Origin: Candidatus Bipolaricaulia bacterium
Lineage (GTDB): Bacteria; Bipolaricaulota; Bipolaricaulia; JBHIAT01
Assembly: GCA_046758705.1 (NCBI GenBank)
Contig: JBHIAT010000121.1
Location: forward strand, 1-11,703
Direction of reading: 5' to 3'
DNA length: 11,703 nt
The position numbers and the translations under genes are program-made. How positions within the stretch are numbered: position 1 is the first letter of the stretch; every line of letters begins with the position of its first letter. Below the pieces are notes generated by a model, which worked only from the letters and a program-made list of their open reading frames with translations, ran no database searches and was not told the origin of the DNA. Positions 1 through 8,108 of the stretch are shown here, in pieces.

Positions 1-111
1 TAAATCTTGATTTAATAGACAAAAATGTGAACCAAATGACCTGCCCACAAGAGAAACAATTCATTCTTCATCCGCAGACCCTTGCTCCTCTTCACCACAA
101 GTTTAGCTGGC

Positions 112-429
112 TTACGTGTAAACGATGCCGTCTCGGGCAGCCTCCTTCAAGAATGTCCACTCACCGAGCTCCCACTCCTCAGGGGTGACTCCAAAGGCTT
201 CGATGGGTTCCAGGATGCGGGCAGCGGCCACGCCAAGCAATTCCAGTCGCTCACGCAAGTCTTTACCCCTAAAGTCCTGAGAGATCACGACCAGATCGAT
301 ATCGCTCCAGGATTCCCCCCCACCATGCGCCCAAGAGCCGAACAAGATCAGCCGCTCAGGCCGCAGATCCATCGCCATCAGCTGCTGCTTGAACCGCTCG
401 ATCACCGCGGCAACTGCGCTTTCAGCCAC
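112..429 (-). CDS. Minimal nucleotidyltransferase (MNT) antitoxin-like protein
   Basis: 105 aa with pol-beta-like motif LFGSWAHG..SDIDLVV (GS-x10-DxD); GTG start overlaps the 3' end of the HEPN gene. Confidence 0.9.
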   Translation of the reverse strand: MAESAVAAVIERFKQQLMAMDLRPERLILFGSWAHGGGESWSDIDLVVISQDFRGKDLRERLELLGVAAARILEPIEAFGVTPEEWELGEWTFLKEAARDGIVYT

Positions 430-788
430 TGGAGTGCCTCCTCTGTCTGGTTTAAATACGCTTGCGTCACACGACGGGGATAGGCCTTCACCACTTTCTG
501 CAGATCTTCAGGATAGCGCGTCACCACGCTGGCATCGTTAAGCTTGCCGATAAAGTCTAATAGCTCCTGGGGTACGGGCAAAGCCAACTCTTTGACGAAG
601 AAGAGCAGATTATGTGTCTTGGGTGGAAACTGCTCCTTGACTTCCCAAAATACCCCCTTGAGTGCCTTCTCGATAGCGAGATGGCACATGAAGATACAGT
701 ACACATAGCGTCGAGAGCGAAACATAGCCTTGGCCGTCTCCCAGTCATAGTCAGACATCTCAAACCACTTTTGCGTCTGTTCCTTCAT
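402..788 (-). CDS. HEPN-domain protein (HEPN/MNT module)
   Basis: 128 aa helical protein with FMCHLAIEKALK, PPKTHNL and TRYP motifs; adjacent to MNT. Confidence 0.9.
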   Translation of the reverse strand: MKEQTQKWFEMSDYDWETAKAMFRSRRYVYCIFMCHLAIEKALKGVFWEVKEQFPPKTHNLLFFVKELALPVPQELLDFIGKLNDASVVTRYPEDLQKVVKAYPRRVTQAYLNQTEEALQWLKAQLPR

Positions 789-1072
789 TTGCGCTTGGCA
801 CGTCGCTTGGGCCGAAGTTTCTCGGTGACATCTTCGAGGTCGCGCTCGACTTGCTCGGCACTCACACCGCGGTTCTTCGCCCGGATCTCATCAAAGACTT
901 TGAAGTCTTCCTCCCGCTCGGCCTGCCAAGTTTCGTAGATGTCTACCGGGACCAAGACAGCCATCGCCTTGTCCCTTCGCTTGATGAGGAAGTGTTCGCT
1001 GTTGTAGTAGGTCCGTTCCAGCAGTTCCCCGAGGTTCTGCCGGGCCTTGAGAGCGCCAATCTCCTTGAGCAC
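785..1072 (-). CDS. Phd/YefM-family antitoxin
   Basis: LKEIGALKARQNLGELLERTYYNSEHFLIKRRDKAMAVLVPVDIYE matches the Phd DNA-binding N-terminus; start re-called to GTG 1072 after AGAAAGGGCGTGA; ATGA overlap with HEPN (785-788). Confidence 0.85.
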   Translation of the reverse strand: MLKEIGALKARQNLGELLERTYYNSEHFLIKRRDKAMAVLVPVDIYETWQAEREEDFKVFDEIRAKNRGVSAEQVERDLEDVTEKLRPKRRAKRK

Positions 1073-1285
1073 AGCAATCACGCCCTTTCTGATATAAATC
1101 ACAAAGATGATCAACTCTATTATTACAGAAGAGGAAGGGGGCTTCAAGATCGAGAAGACGGAGGATAATCGAGTTTATATGACATTCGCTCGCTTTCGAG
1201 TCTCTGAATTCTGACGATATATCATAACGATGGTATCTCGTCGGGAGAATGGAGACGAACAATGAACAGCTCAGGCCGTTGAGGC

Positions 1286-2263
1286 TCAGCTAGGCTTAGG
1301 CTGGCTGACTTCCCCCCTAATCCTCTTAAGTGCCTCAGTGATGGCCGCGCGCACATGTACGTGCTCATCCCCCCGCACTTGTAGCACTTCGACCAGCACG
1401 GGGACGGCATCTCGGGCGGCAGGACCGATCTGCCCCAATGCCTGGGCAGCTATCCAGCGCACCTTCCACTCCTCATCCACCAACGCGTCGACCAAGGCGG
1501 AGACGGCATCTTGAGCAGCAGGACCCATCTCTCCAAGTGCCTGAGCGGCTACATAGCGCACGTGCTTGTCAGCATCCCTCAGTGCTTCGACCAACGCGGG
1601 AACGGCGGCTACAGCGGCAGGCTCTATGTGCCCCAGCGCCGCGGCGGCTCTCCATCGCATAAAAGAGACCGTTCCCTGAAACATCTCGATCAAGGAGGCT
1701 GTATCCTGTAACACCTCGATCAAGGCGGGCACTGCATCAGGGCCGATTCTCTCAAGCGTATAAATGATTGTCCCGACTGTTGTGAACACGTACACATGCT
1801 CATCCTGCTCCTGCATCTGCACCTGCAACGCTTCGACCAGGGCAGGGATGGCGTCCCGAGCGGCAGAGCCCATCCTCCCCAGTGCCTCGGCGACTGCTAT
1901 GCGCACGCGCTCGTCCGTATCCTGTAATGCCTCGGTCAGGGTGGGGATCGCGTCTTGGGTGGCAGGACCGATCTGCCCCAGTGCCTTGACAGCTATCCAG
2001 CGTACCGTCCACTCCTCATCCACCAACGCATCGACCAAGGCGGAGACGGCATCTCGAGCAACAGGTCCCATCTCTCCAAGTTCCATGGCAGCTTGCAAAC
2101 GCACATCCATGTCCGCATCCTGAAGTGCATCGATGAGCTCATTGATACGTTGGATTTGAGCTGCGTGTGCAACGACCACCGTGTCTGCGGTCGAGGATGC
2201 GATCAAACCCCAGAACCCCAAGGCGATAACTAGCACCAATCCCCTTGTGATTTGCTTTCGCAT
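1286..2263 (-). CDS. Secreted HEAT (PBS-lyase-like) repeat protein, 325 aa
   Basis: Start re-called to ATG 2263 after AAAAGGAGGG; signal peptide MRKQITRGLVLVIALGFWGLIA...AHA; repeated VRxxAAxALGxIGPAAxxAVPALxxAL units. Confidence 0.88.
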   Translation of the reverse strand: MRKQITRGLVLVIALGFWGLIASSTADTVVVAHAAQIQRINELIDALQDADMDVRLQAAMELGEMGPVARDAVSALVDALVDEEWTVRWIAVKALGQIGPATQDAIPTLTEALQDTDERVRIAVAEALGRMGSAARDAIPALVEALQVQMQEQDEHVYVFTTVGTIIYTLERIGPDAVPALIEVLQDTASLIEMFQGTVSFMRWRAAAALGHIEPAAVAAVPALVEALRDADKHVRYVAAQALGEMGPAAQDAVSALVDALVDEEWKVRWIAAQALGQIGPAARDAVPVLVEVLQVRGDEHVHVRAAITEALKRIRGEVSQPKPS

Positions 2264-2324
2264 CTTTGATCCCTCCTTTTGTGGATTGATTGGCTGCATC
2301 TGAAAATGTTGTAACACGGGGACA

Positions 2325-2344
2325 TTCTGTTTTCGTTCTGTTTT
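2325..2344. promoter_or_regulatory. Direct repeat TTCTGTTTT x2, 11-bp period; candidate SARP/wHTH binding site
   Basis: Copies at 2325-2333 and 2336-2344, just upstream of a possible minus-strand -10 (TACAAC, 2313-2308) of the HEAT gene. Confidence 0.45.
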
Positions 2345-2509
2345 TGTACTAGAGATTGTTTCTGTCTCTCTAACACCTGGAGCGTGACACCTGTCTCTTT
2401 TGAATTGCTGGTTGTGCTTGATTGGCTCACAGACACTTGTGTGAGGACGTTCAGAAGGTGTATAAAAGTAGATAAGCGAAGGCGCTGATCTCATTGAGGA
2501 GGCCTTCTG

Positions 2510-5440
2510 ATGGGGCAGACTCAGATGGATGACTTCGGACTCAGAGTGAAACTCTTGGGGCACTTTGAGATCTGGCGTGGCCATGAACTCATCCCTCCTC
2601 AAGCCTGGCCCCAACGCAAGACCCAAACCCTCCTCAAAATCCTCCTCACCGAACGTGGCCGCGTCTTCACCCAAGACCAACTCATCGATGCCTTGTTCCC
2701 CGACCTCGATTTAGATAAGGCCGCTCGGAGCTTGCGCGGACGGATCAGCGAATTGCGCCGCACCTTGGAACCAGATCTCAAACGGGGTCCTGACTCTCAG
2801 TTTGTCCTGCGCGTCGGGGGAGGCTACTGCTTCAGCGAGAATGCCCCATGCTGGATTGACGTCGAAGAATTTCACCAGTCCATGGAGTCCGCACGGGAGT
2901 TGGAACAGGCGGAACTGTGGTCGCAAGCCCTGGAACAGTACCAACAGACCGTCGAGCTGTATCGCGGTGATTATCTGGCCGAAGATCTCTATGAGGAGTG
3001 GTCGATTCCTCCCCGAGAGCGCTGGCGTGAACTGTATCTGAACGCCCTGGGACGGTTGGCGGAGTGTTACGCACGCCTGAGAAACTATCCTCGGGCGATC
3101 GAGTATTGCCAACGAATGATCGAGTTGGATCCCTACCGCGAGGCAGGCTATCGCCAGCAGATGCTTTATCACTCCTATGCAGGCGAGCGGAGGAAAGCCC
3201 TACAGGTCTATGAAACGTGTGTCAAGGTCCTCAAAGACGAGCTGGATGCGAAGCCCGCGCCGGAGACCTATGAGCTTTATCAGCAGATACGCAACGGCGA
3301 AGTTCCTGAACTCCCCCGAGCCATTCCGAACAACCTGCCCATCCCGTTGACCCGTTTCATTGGACGCGAGAAGGAACTGAACGCTGTGCAGAAACACCTG
3401 TTGGACGAAGACGTGCGTCTGTTGACTCTTACAGGTGTGGGTGGCACAGGCAAGACCCGCTTGGGGCTCCAGGTGGCAGCGGACCTGATCGCTCACTTCG
3501 AGGATGGCGCTTACTTTATGAACCTGGCCCCCATCAGCGACCCTGGGCTGGTGGTCTCCACCATCGCCCAGACGTTGGGGATCAAGGAAACCGGAGGCCA
3601 ATCGCTGTTCGACAGCCTGAAGGAGTCCCTGCGCGACAGACAGATATTGCTATTGCTCGACAACTTCGAGCCAGTTGTGGCTGCGGCACCCCAAGTGGTA
3701 GGGTTGTTGGAAGCCTACCCTCGGTTGAAGCTGCTGGTGACCAGCCGGGAGCCCTGTCACGTGAGCGGGGAGCACGTGTTCCCAGTGCCGCCGCTGACGC
3801 TGCCTAAATCTGACCTCAAACCCCCGCCGCCTATCGAGCACCTGGTGCAGTATGAAGCGGTCCGCCTGTTCATCGAGCGGGCGCTGGCGGTGAAGCTCGA
3901 CTTTGCGGTCACCCGCGAGAGTGCCCCAGCGATCGCCGAAATCTGCATCCGCCTGGATGGATTGCCGCTGGCGATCGAGCTGGCTGCCGCCCGGATCACG
4001 TTGCTCTCACCACAGGCGATACTAGAGCGACTCGGGAGTCGTCTCGAGCTGCTAACGGGAGGGGCGCGGGACCTGCCAGCCCGCCAACAGACGCTGCGGG
4101 ACACGATCGACTGGAGCTACGATCTGCTGGATGCTGGTGAGAAGACGTTGTTTGAGCGGCTATCAGTATTTGTCGGAGGCTGCACATTAGAGGCGGCAGA
4201 GGCCGTGTGTAGCGGGGTAGACGACCTGGAACAGGAGATGGACATATTGGACGGGTTGGCCTCACTGGTGGATAAGAACCTTTTGCGCCAGGAGGAGCGG
4301 GCGGAGGGAGAACCTCGGTTTCTGATGCTGGAGACGATCCGGGAGTATGGGCTGGAGCGTCTGGAAGCGAGCGGGAAGACAGAAGCGGAGGCAATCCGAT
4401 GCACGCACGCCGACTACTACCTTGATCTGGCTGAAGCAGCGGAGCCGAGGATAGGTTGGTGGGGTGGTCCGGAGCAAGGGATATGGTTGAATTGGCTGGA
4501 GGTGGAGCACGACAACCTACGAGCGGCACTGGCGCACTTTGAGCAGATCGGAGAGGTGGAGGCAGGGTTGCGGTTGGGTGGAGCGCTGAGGTCGTTCTGG
4601 TTCTTGCGCGGTTCTCCGAGCGAGGGGCGAAGGTGGCTGGAAGGGGCGCTGAAACAGGGCGGCAGTGTGTCGGCACCCGTGCGGGCGAAGGCGCTCTTGG
4701 GGGCAGGCTGGCTGGCGTGGCGTCAGAGCGACTACGAGCAAGCAACCGCGCTGCTTGAGGAGAGCCTGGCCTTATTCCAGGAACTGGGGGACAAGGAGGG
4801 CATCGCGGGCTCGCTCAACAGATTGGGATTAGTAGCGTGCTCTGAGGGCGACTTGGGGCGAGCAGCAGCACTCTGCGAGGAGGCGCTGACCCTGTACCGG
4901 GAACTGGGAGACAAGCTGGGCATCGCAGACTCGATCCTCTACCTGGGGCATGTAGCGCAATATCAGGACGACTTGGGGCGAGCGACAGCACTCTATGAGG
5001 AGAGCCTGGTCCTGTGTCGGGGGCTGGAGAACAAGCAGGGCATCGCGCTCTCGCTCTTTCACCTGGGGAATGTGGCAGTTGGGCAGGGCGACTTGGGACG
5101 AGCGGTGGCACTCTACGAGGAGAGCCTGATCCTGCGGCAGGAAATAGGGGACAAGGGGGGTATTGCCTTATGTCTGGAGGGCTTGGCGGGGGTAGCCTGT
5201 GCAAACGGGCAACCCGAGCAGGCAGCGCGGCTATTTGGAGCGGCGGAGGCCCTGCGCGAAGCCATCGGCTTTCCCTTGATGCCTCCCGACCGCACCCTGC
5301 TGGACTATGATCGCAACGTGGCCGCCGTTCGTGCTGAACTGAGCGAAGACGCGTTTGAAGCGGCGTGGACCGAGGGACGAGCGATGACGCTGGAGCAGGC
5401 CATCGCATACGCGTTAGAGGAGGCCGCGCAGAAGCGTTGA
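2510..5440 (+). CDS. AfsR/SARP-type STAND transcriptional regulator (wHTH + BTAD + NB-ARC-like ATPase + TPR)
   Basis: RBS GAGGAGG; N-terminal LLGHFEI..LLKILL wHTH; BTAD (IDVEEF, LYRGDYL, DPYRE); FIGREKEL; Walker A GVGGTGKT; Walker B LLLLDNFE; GLPLAIELAAAR; C-terminal TPRs. Confidence 0.95.
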   Translation: MGQTQMDDFGLRVKLLGHFEIWRGHELIPPQAWPQRKTQTLLKILLTERGRVFTQDQLIDALFPDLDLDKAARSLRGRISELRRTLEPDLKRGPDSQFVLRVGGGYCFSENAPCWIDVEEFHQSMESARELEQAELWSQALEQYQQTVELYRGDYLAEDLYEEWSIPPRERWRELYLNALGRLAECYARLRNYPRAIEYCQRMIELDPYREAGYRQQMLYHSYAGERRKALQVYETCVKVLKDELDAKPAPETYELYQQIRNGEVPELPRAIPNNLPIPLTRFIGREKELNAVQKHLLDEDVRLLTLTGVGGTGKTRLGLQVAADLIAHFEDGAYFMNLAPISDPGLVVSTIAQTLGIKETGGQSLFDSLKESLRDRQILLLLDNFEPVVAAAPQVVGLLEAYPRLKLLVTSREPCHVSGEHVFPVPPLTLPKSDLKPPPPIEHLVQYEAVRLFIERALAVKLDFAVTRESAPAIAEICIRLDGLPLAIELAAARITLLSPQAILERLGSRLELLTGGARDLPARQQTLRDTIDWSYDLLDAGEKTLFERLSVFVGGCTLEAAEAVCSGVDDLEQEMDILDGLASLVDKNLLRQEERAEGEPRFLMLETIREYGLERLEASGKTEAEAIRCTHADYYLDLAEAAEPRIGWWGGPEQGIWLNWLEVEHDNLRAALAHFEQIGEVEAGLRLGGALRSFWFLRGSPSEGRRWLEGALKQGGSVSAPVRAKALLGAGWLAWRQSDYEQATALLEESLALFQELGDKEGIAGSLNRLGLVACSEGDLGRAAALCEEALTLYRELGDKLGIADSILYLGHVAQYQDDLGRATALYEESLVLCRGLENKQGIALSLFHLGNVAVGQGDLGRAVALYEESLILRQEIGDKGGIALCLEGLAGVACANGQPEQAARLFGAAEALREAIGFPLMPPDRTLLDYDRNVAAVRAELSEDAFEAAWTEGRAMTLEQAIAYALEEAAQKR
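4730..5170 (+). repeat. 120-bp (40-aa) tandem TPR-coding repeats
   Basis: GACTTGGG[G/A]CGAGC at 4850, 4970 and 5090; GACAAG/AACAAG..GGCATCGC recurs with a 120-bp period. Confidence 0.85.
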
Positions 5441-5677
5441 CAAATCTGGCGCGGCCGAACGTCAAATAATCGGAGATCTTTGACATTCACTCCTTGAATC
5501 TACCAACCCATCTTGTCTTTTCTCTGGATTGCTTGTCCGTGCTATCTATTCCATCATCCCAAGTCTCTGCCCTCTAAAGCAGAGACCCCTCCTTGTCCTG
5601 AGAGGCTAAGCACTCGGTTTGAGCCGTTTTAGCTGTCTCTAGAACGAGATTGTCCAGAATACTGAATTCGAAGCGTG

Positions 5678-6145
5678 CTACCTTAATAACTCCTGTAGGG
5701 ACTGAACTGGAGAACGATAGCCGTGACTGATCATAACGGCTAAAAACCGGTCGGCTTCCTCCAGGGTTAGATGCTCCTCATCAACAAGAGCCAGTAAGAC
5801 ACCCAGCGTTCCGGAAACGGTGATCTTGCGCTGACGGGCCAAACGTCGGGCAGCGAAATCGTCGGAGAGAATCTTGCTCTGCCGCATCTGCGCCACAGCC
5901 AAGCACTCTGCTTCCCCAGGATCCAGCTGTTGCTTCAGCTCATCAGCCAGGCGCTGCTCTTCGTCAGTGAGCTCCAGGATCTGAAGCCAGCTCCAGTCAC
6001 AAGGGGGGACGAGCCCCAGATCCTCTCCTGTGCGTAACTCTTCCATGACGGTCGGGACCGTTGCCGCATTTTCTTCCAATGTCAGTTGTAAAAGATCCGG
6101 CCGCCGGATGTGAGCGAAGTTGCTCAGAAGTGTCGTATCCACCAA
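5678..6145 (-). CDS. DUF3368-like PIN-domain toxin
   Basis: VDTTLLSNF, VPTVMEEL, LDPGEAECLAVA, ILSDDFAARRLA, GTLGVL motifs; start uncertain (TTG 6145 or GTG 6142). Confidence 0.88.
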   Translation of the reverse strand: MVDTTLLSNFAHIRRPDLLQLTLEENAATVPTVMEELRTGEDLGLVPPCDWSWLQILELTDEEQRLADELKQQLDPGEAECLAVAQMRQSKILSDDFAARRLARQRKITVSGTLGVLLALVDEEHLTLEEADRFLAVMISHGYRSPVQSLQELLR

Positions 6146-6174
6146 AGCGAGAGGGGCTCACCAATCTCAGATCG

Positions 6175-6630
6175 TCACCGAAGTGCCTCAAATTCAGCTC
6201 TGGCTTCCTCAATACTGGTTGGACCGAGCTGGAGAGGGATGCCCAGGCGATTAAATCGCTCCACCAGCTCAAATCGGGACAGATCCAACAATTGTGCCGC
6301 CCTCCCCAAACTGATGTCTCCATCCAGATAGACGGCCATCACGCGGTTCCAGGCTGCCTGTTCATCGCCGCTGGCGTCCCTAATCGCCTGCTTCACTTCT
6401 TCCTCTTTCAGTCCTCGGGGCGAGATGGTTTCGTCGCGAATCGGAGCTGGCTGGGGGGGCGTGGCGCGATAGGTGGCCACGGCTCGCAGAAGCCGGTAGT
6501 CGAGGATATCCATGATGGCGACCTGCGCTTCTCCATAACTTTCCACAATGACGGTGTGGCCCCGTCGGACGAGGTCGACGATCTGACGCGTGCGGCGGGC
6601 GAGATCGGTCTTGTTGATGTTCGTGGCCAT
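6175..6630 (-). CDS. Antitoxin: Phd-like N-terminus fused to UPF0175-like C-terminus, 151 aa
   Basis: ATG 6630 after AGAGGAG; INKTDLARRTRQIVDLVRRGHTVIVESYGEAQVAIM (Phd-like) and YLDGDISLGRAAQLLDLSRFELVERFNRLGIP (UPF0175-like). Confidence 0.82.
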   Translation of the reverse strand: MATNINKTDLARRTRQIVDLVRRGHTVIVESYGEAQVAIMDILDYRLLRAVATYRATPPQPAPIRDETISPRGLKEEEVKQAIRDASGDEQAAWNRVMAVYLDGDISLGRAAQLLDLSRFELVERFNRLGIPLQLGPTSIEEARAEFEALR

Positions 6631-6665
6631 GGACTTACATCTCCTCTTCTTTAAGAATTGCACAC

Positions 6666-6701
6666 TCTATGTATTCTATGTATCATCGACCTAAGTGTCA
6701 A
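6666..6701 (-). promoter_or_regulatory. Sigma70 promoter of the TA operon with tandem operator repeat
   Basis: Minus strand TTGACA (6701-6696), 17 bp, TAGAAT (6678-6673); TCTATGTAT tandem at 6666-6674 and 6675-6683 overlaps the -10. Confidence 0.8.
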
Positions 6702-6770
6702 ACAAAGCAGAATGAGGGCATTCCGTTTGCACAGGCTGTCAGATAGCCCGATCGACTTGCCCTAAACCTC

Positions 6771-6813
6771 TTGACAAATACTCCTATTTATGATATACTA
6801 TTATTAATAGGAG
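6771..6813 (+). promoter_or_regulatory. Near-consensus sigma70 promoter with flanking inverted repeat
   Basis: TTGACA (6771-6776), 17 bp, extended TG-n-TATACT (6794-6799); CTCCTATT (6781-6788) / AATAGGAG (6806-6813) inverted repeat. Confidence 0.85.
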
Positions 6814-6822
6814 GTGATCGGG

Positions 6823-7347
6823 ATGAAAACATCCCCAAAAAGCAGAACCCCGGCGGGACGGCCGGCAAGCACAAATCCCACCGAGGCCAGCAGCCAACAA
6901 GTTGGCCAGGTCCAGTCTATCAGTGACGGCCGCGGCAGTCAAGTTGAGCTCGAGGAGCTGCAGCGCCAGCTCAAGGCAGCCGAGGAAGAAGCCGCCCATT
7001 ATAAGGCCGAGTGGAAGGCTACCCGGCTTGAGGCTGACGAGCTGCACGGTGACGTCCGGGAGTACCGCGACACGCTATTAGAGGCCCGGGAACGGATCAA
7101 GGAATTCAGACAACAGGTCCCCCAGCTGGAGGCGGAGCGTGACACACTGGCCGAAGCGATGGTCGGTGAGTGCAGTCGCTGTGGTGCAGAGATCGATCTA
7201 TCTGATGCTGTCCGTTGGGCTGATGGGACGATTGCAGTCGGGACGGACGGGGAGAGCCTGTCAAGGTCGGGGAGATTGAGTATGAGCGATTTGGACATTC
7301 TGTTGGATGAGATGGCGGGATGGTATCAAGCGCGGGAGGTAGCCTAA
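6823..7347 (+). CDS. Hypothetical coiled-coil protein with a single CxxC
   Basis: ATG 6823 after AGGAGGTGA; heptad-rich ELEELQRQLKAAEEE...QLEAERDTL; CSRC. Confidence 0.75.
   Translation: MKTSPKSRTPAGRPASTNPTEASSQQVGQVQSISDGRGSQVELEELQRQLKAAEEEAAHYKAEWKATRLEADELHGDVREYRDTLLEARERIKEFRQQVPQLEAERDTLAEAMVGECSRCGAEIDLSDAVRWADGTIAVGTDGESLSRSGRLSMSDLDILLDEMAGWYQAREVA
6837..6907 (-). ncRNA. Putative ~70-nt antisense RNA inside the 5' end of ORF 6823
   Basis: Minus-strand promoter just upstream; hairpin GGCCAAC-UU-GUUGGCU; 13-bp stem GCCUCGGUGGGAU/GUCCCGCCGGGGU whose G-U pairs form only on the minus strand; then UCUGCUUUUU. Confidence 0.65.
6914..6942 (-). promoter_or_regulatory. Antisense sigma70 promoter
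   Basis: TTGACT (6942-6937), 17 bp, extended TG-a-TAGACT (6919-6914). Confidence 0.7.
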
Positions 7348-7348
7348 G

Positions 7349-7740
7349 ATGGGGAGCGGCGATATTCGCGACGTGTTCGGTGACGTGATTTTCCGATACC
7401 CCCGCGCAGAGGCCATCAGGGACGGGGTCTTGATTGACGTGACAGAGACCGCCCAGGAGATGGGTATGCGCTATCCCGTGGCCTTGACTGCTGACGCTTG
7501 GACCCAGCGGTCAAGGTCGAACCCAAGGATGAAGGTTTGCAGGATGAAGCCGGGCGGTTGTGGGACGTGTTATGGATGTTTCGGGCATATGTTGGGCAGG
7601 TCAAGGATCAACCGGAAGTCCGGTTCCCTGTGCTCGTATGGTCGCAGGGACGGCAACGGGAAGTGACCTTGAAAGGGACCATAGGCTCCGGGGATGATGG
7701 GGAGCCTGTCATAACGATTATGCTCCCTTTTGAGGATTAA
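7349..7740 (+). pseudogene. DUF6573-like MGE protein, split by a 1-nt frameshift near 7500-7510
   Basis: First frame FGDVIFRYPRAEAIRDGVLIDVTETAQEMGMRYPVALTADAW continues in another frame as QDEAGRLWDVLWM...LKGTIGSGDDGEPVITIMLPFED; span is 392 nt (3n+2). Confidence 0.8.
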
Positions 7741-7809
7741 ATGAACCGGCTCGGAAGGGTCGCCGAGTCACCAGCTATAACAATCTTATTGAAGGGAGGA
7801 ACGGGACTG

Positions 7810-8070
7810 ATGGCTGGTAAGGTAAAAGCATATAGACCGGAAGGGCGGGAGCTCCATCCACTGCTCCGAAGCCTAGAGGACTTCAGAGCACGCCGGGGAA
7901 TCTCTCAAAAGCGGATGGCTAAAAAGATTGGGGTTGCCTATTCAACCTATCAGCGCTGGTTATACGTAGAAGATGCTCAGGCCTGGAACCCCGGCTTAAA
8001 AACGGTCGAACGAATTGAGGAGGTCCTGGAGACGGAGGGAGAGGGGGAGGCAGGCCAGGGGAGGGGATAA
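7810..8070 (+). CDS. XRE/Cro-family HTH regulator, 86 aa
   Basis: ATG 7810 after GGGAGGA; LEDFRARRGISQKRMAKKIGVAYSTYQRWL...P..KTVERIEEVL. Confidence 0.88.
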   Translation: MAGKVKAYRPEGRELHPLLRSLEDFRARRGISQKRMAKKIGVAYSTYQRWLYVEDAQAWNPGLKTVERIEEVLETEGEGEAGQGRG

Positions 8071-8108
8071 GCCAAAAAAGGCGAGGCCGACCGGGGCGGT
8101 GATCGGCA

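Noticed and set aside
1-100. Possible minus-strand ORF after GAGGAG (MKNELF... or MNCFSC...)
   Set aside because: SD spacing is too long, one frame stops after 19 codons and the other has no recognisable content
2264-2680. N-terminal extension of the 464-aa HEAT ORF
   Set aside because: Overlaps the divergent regulator and intergenic region; a strong RBS and signal peptide support ATG 2263
5437-5484. GTCAAA/TTTGAC inverted repeat after the regulator's stop codon
   Set aside because: Short AT-rich stem without a U-tract; too weak to call a terminator or operator
2599-5490. Many antisense and alternate-frame ORFs over the SARP gene (and similar ones over the HEAT, TA and rep genes)
   Set aside because: Shadow ORFs expected in GC-rich coding DNA; no motifs
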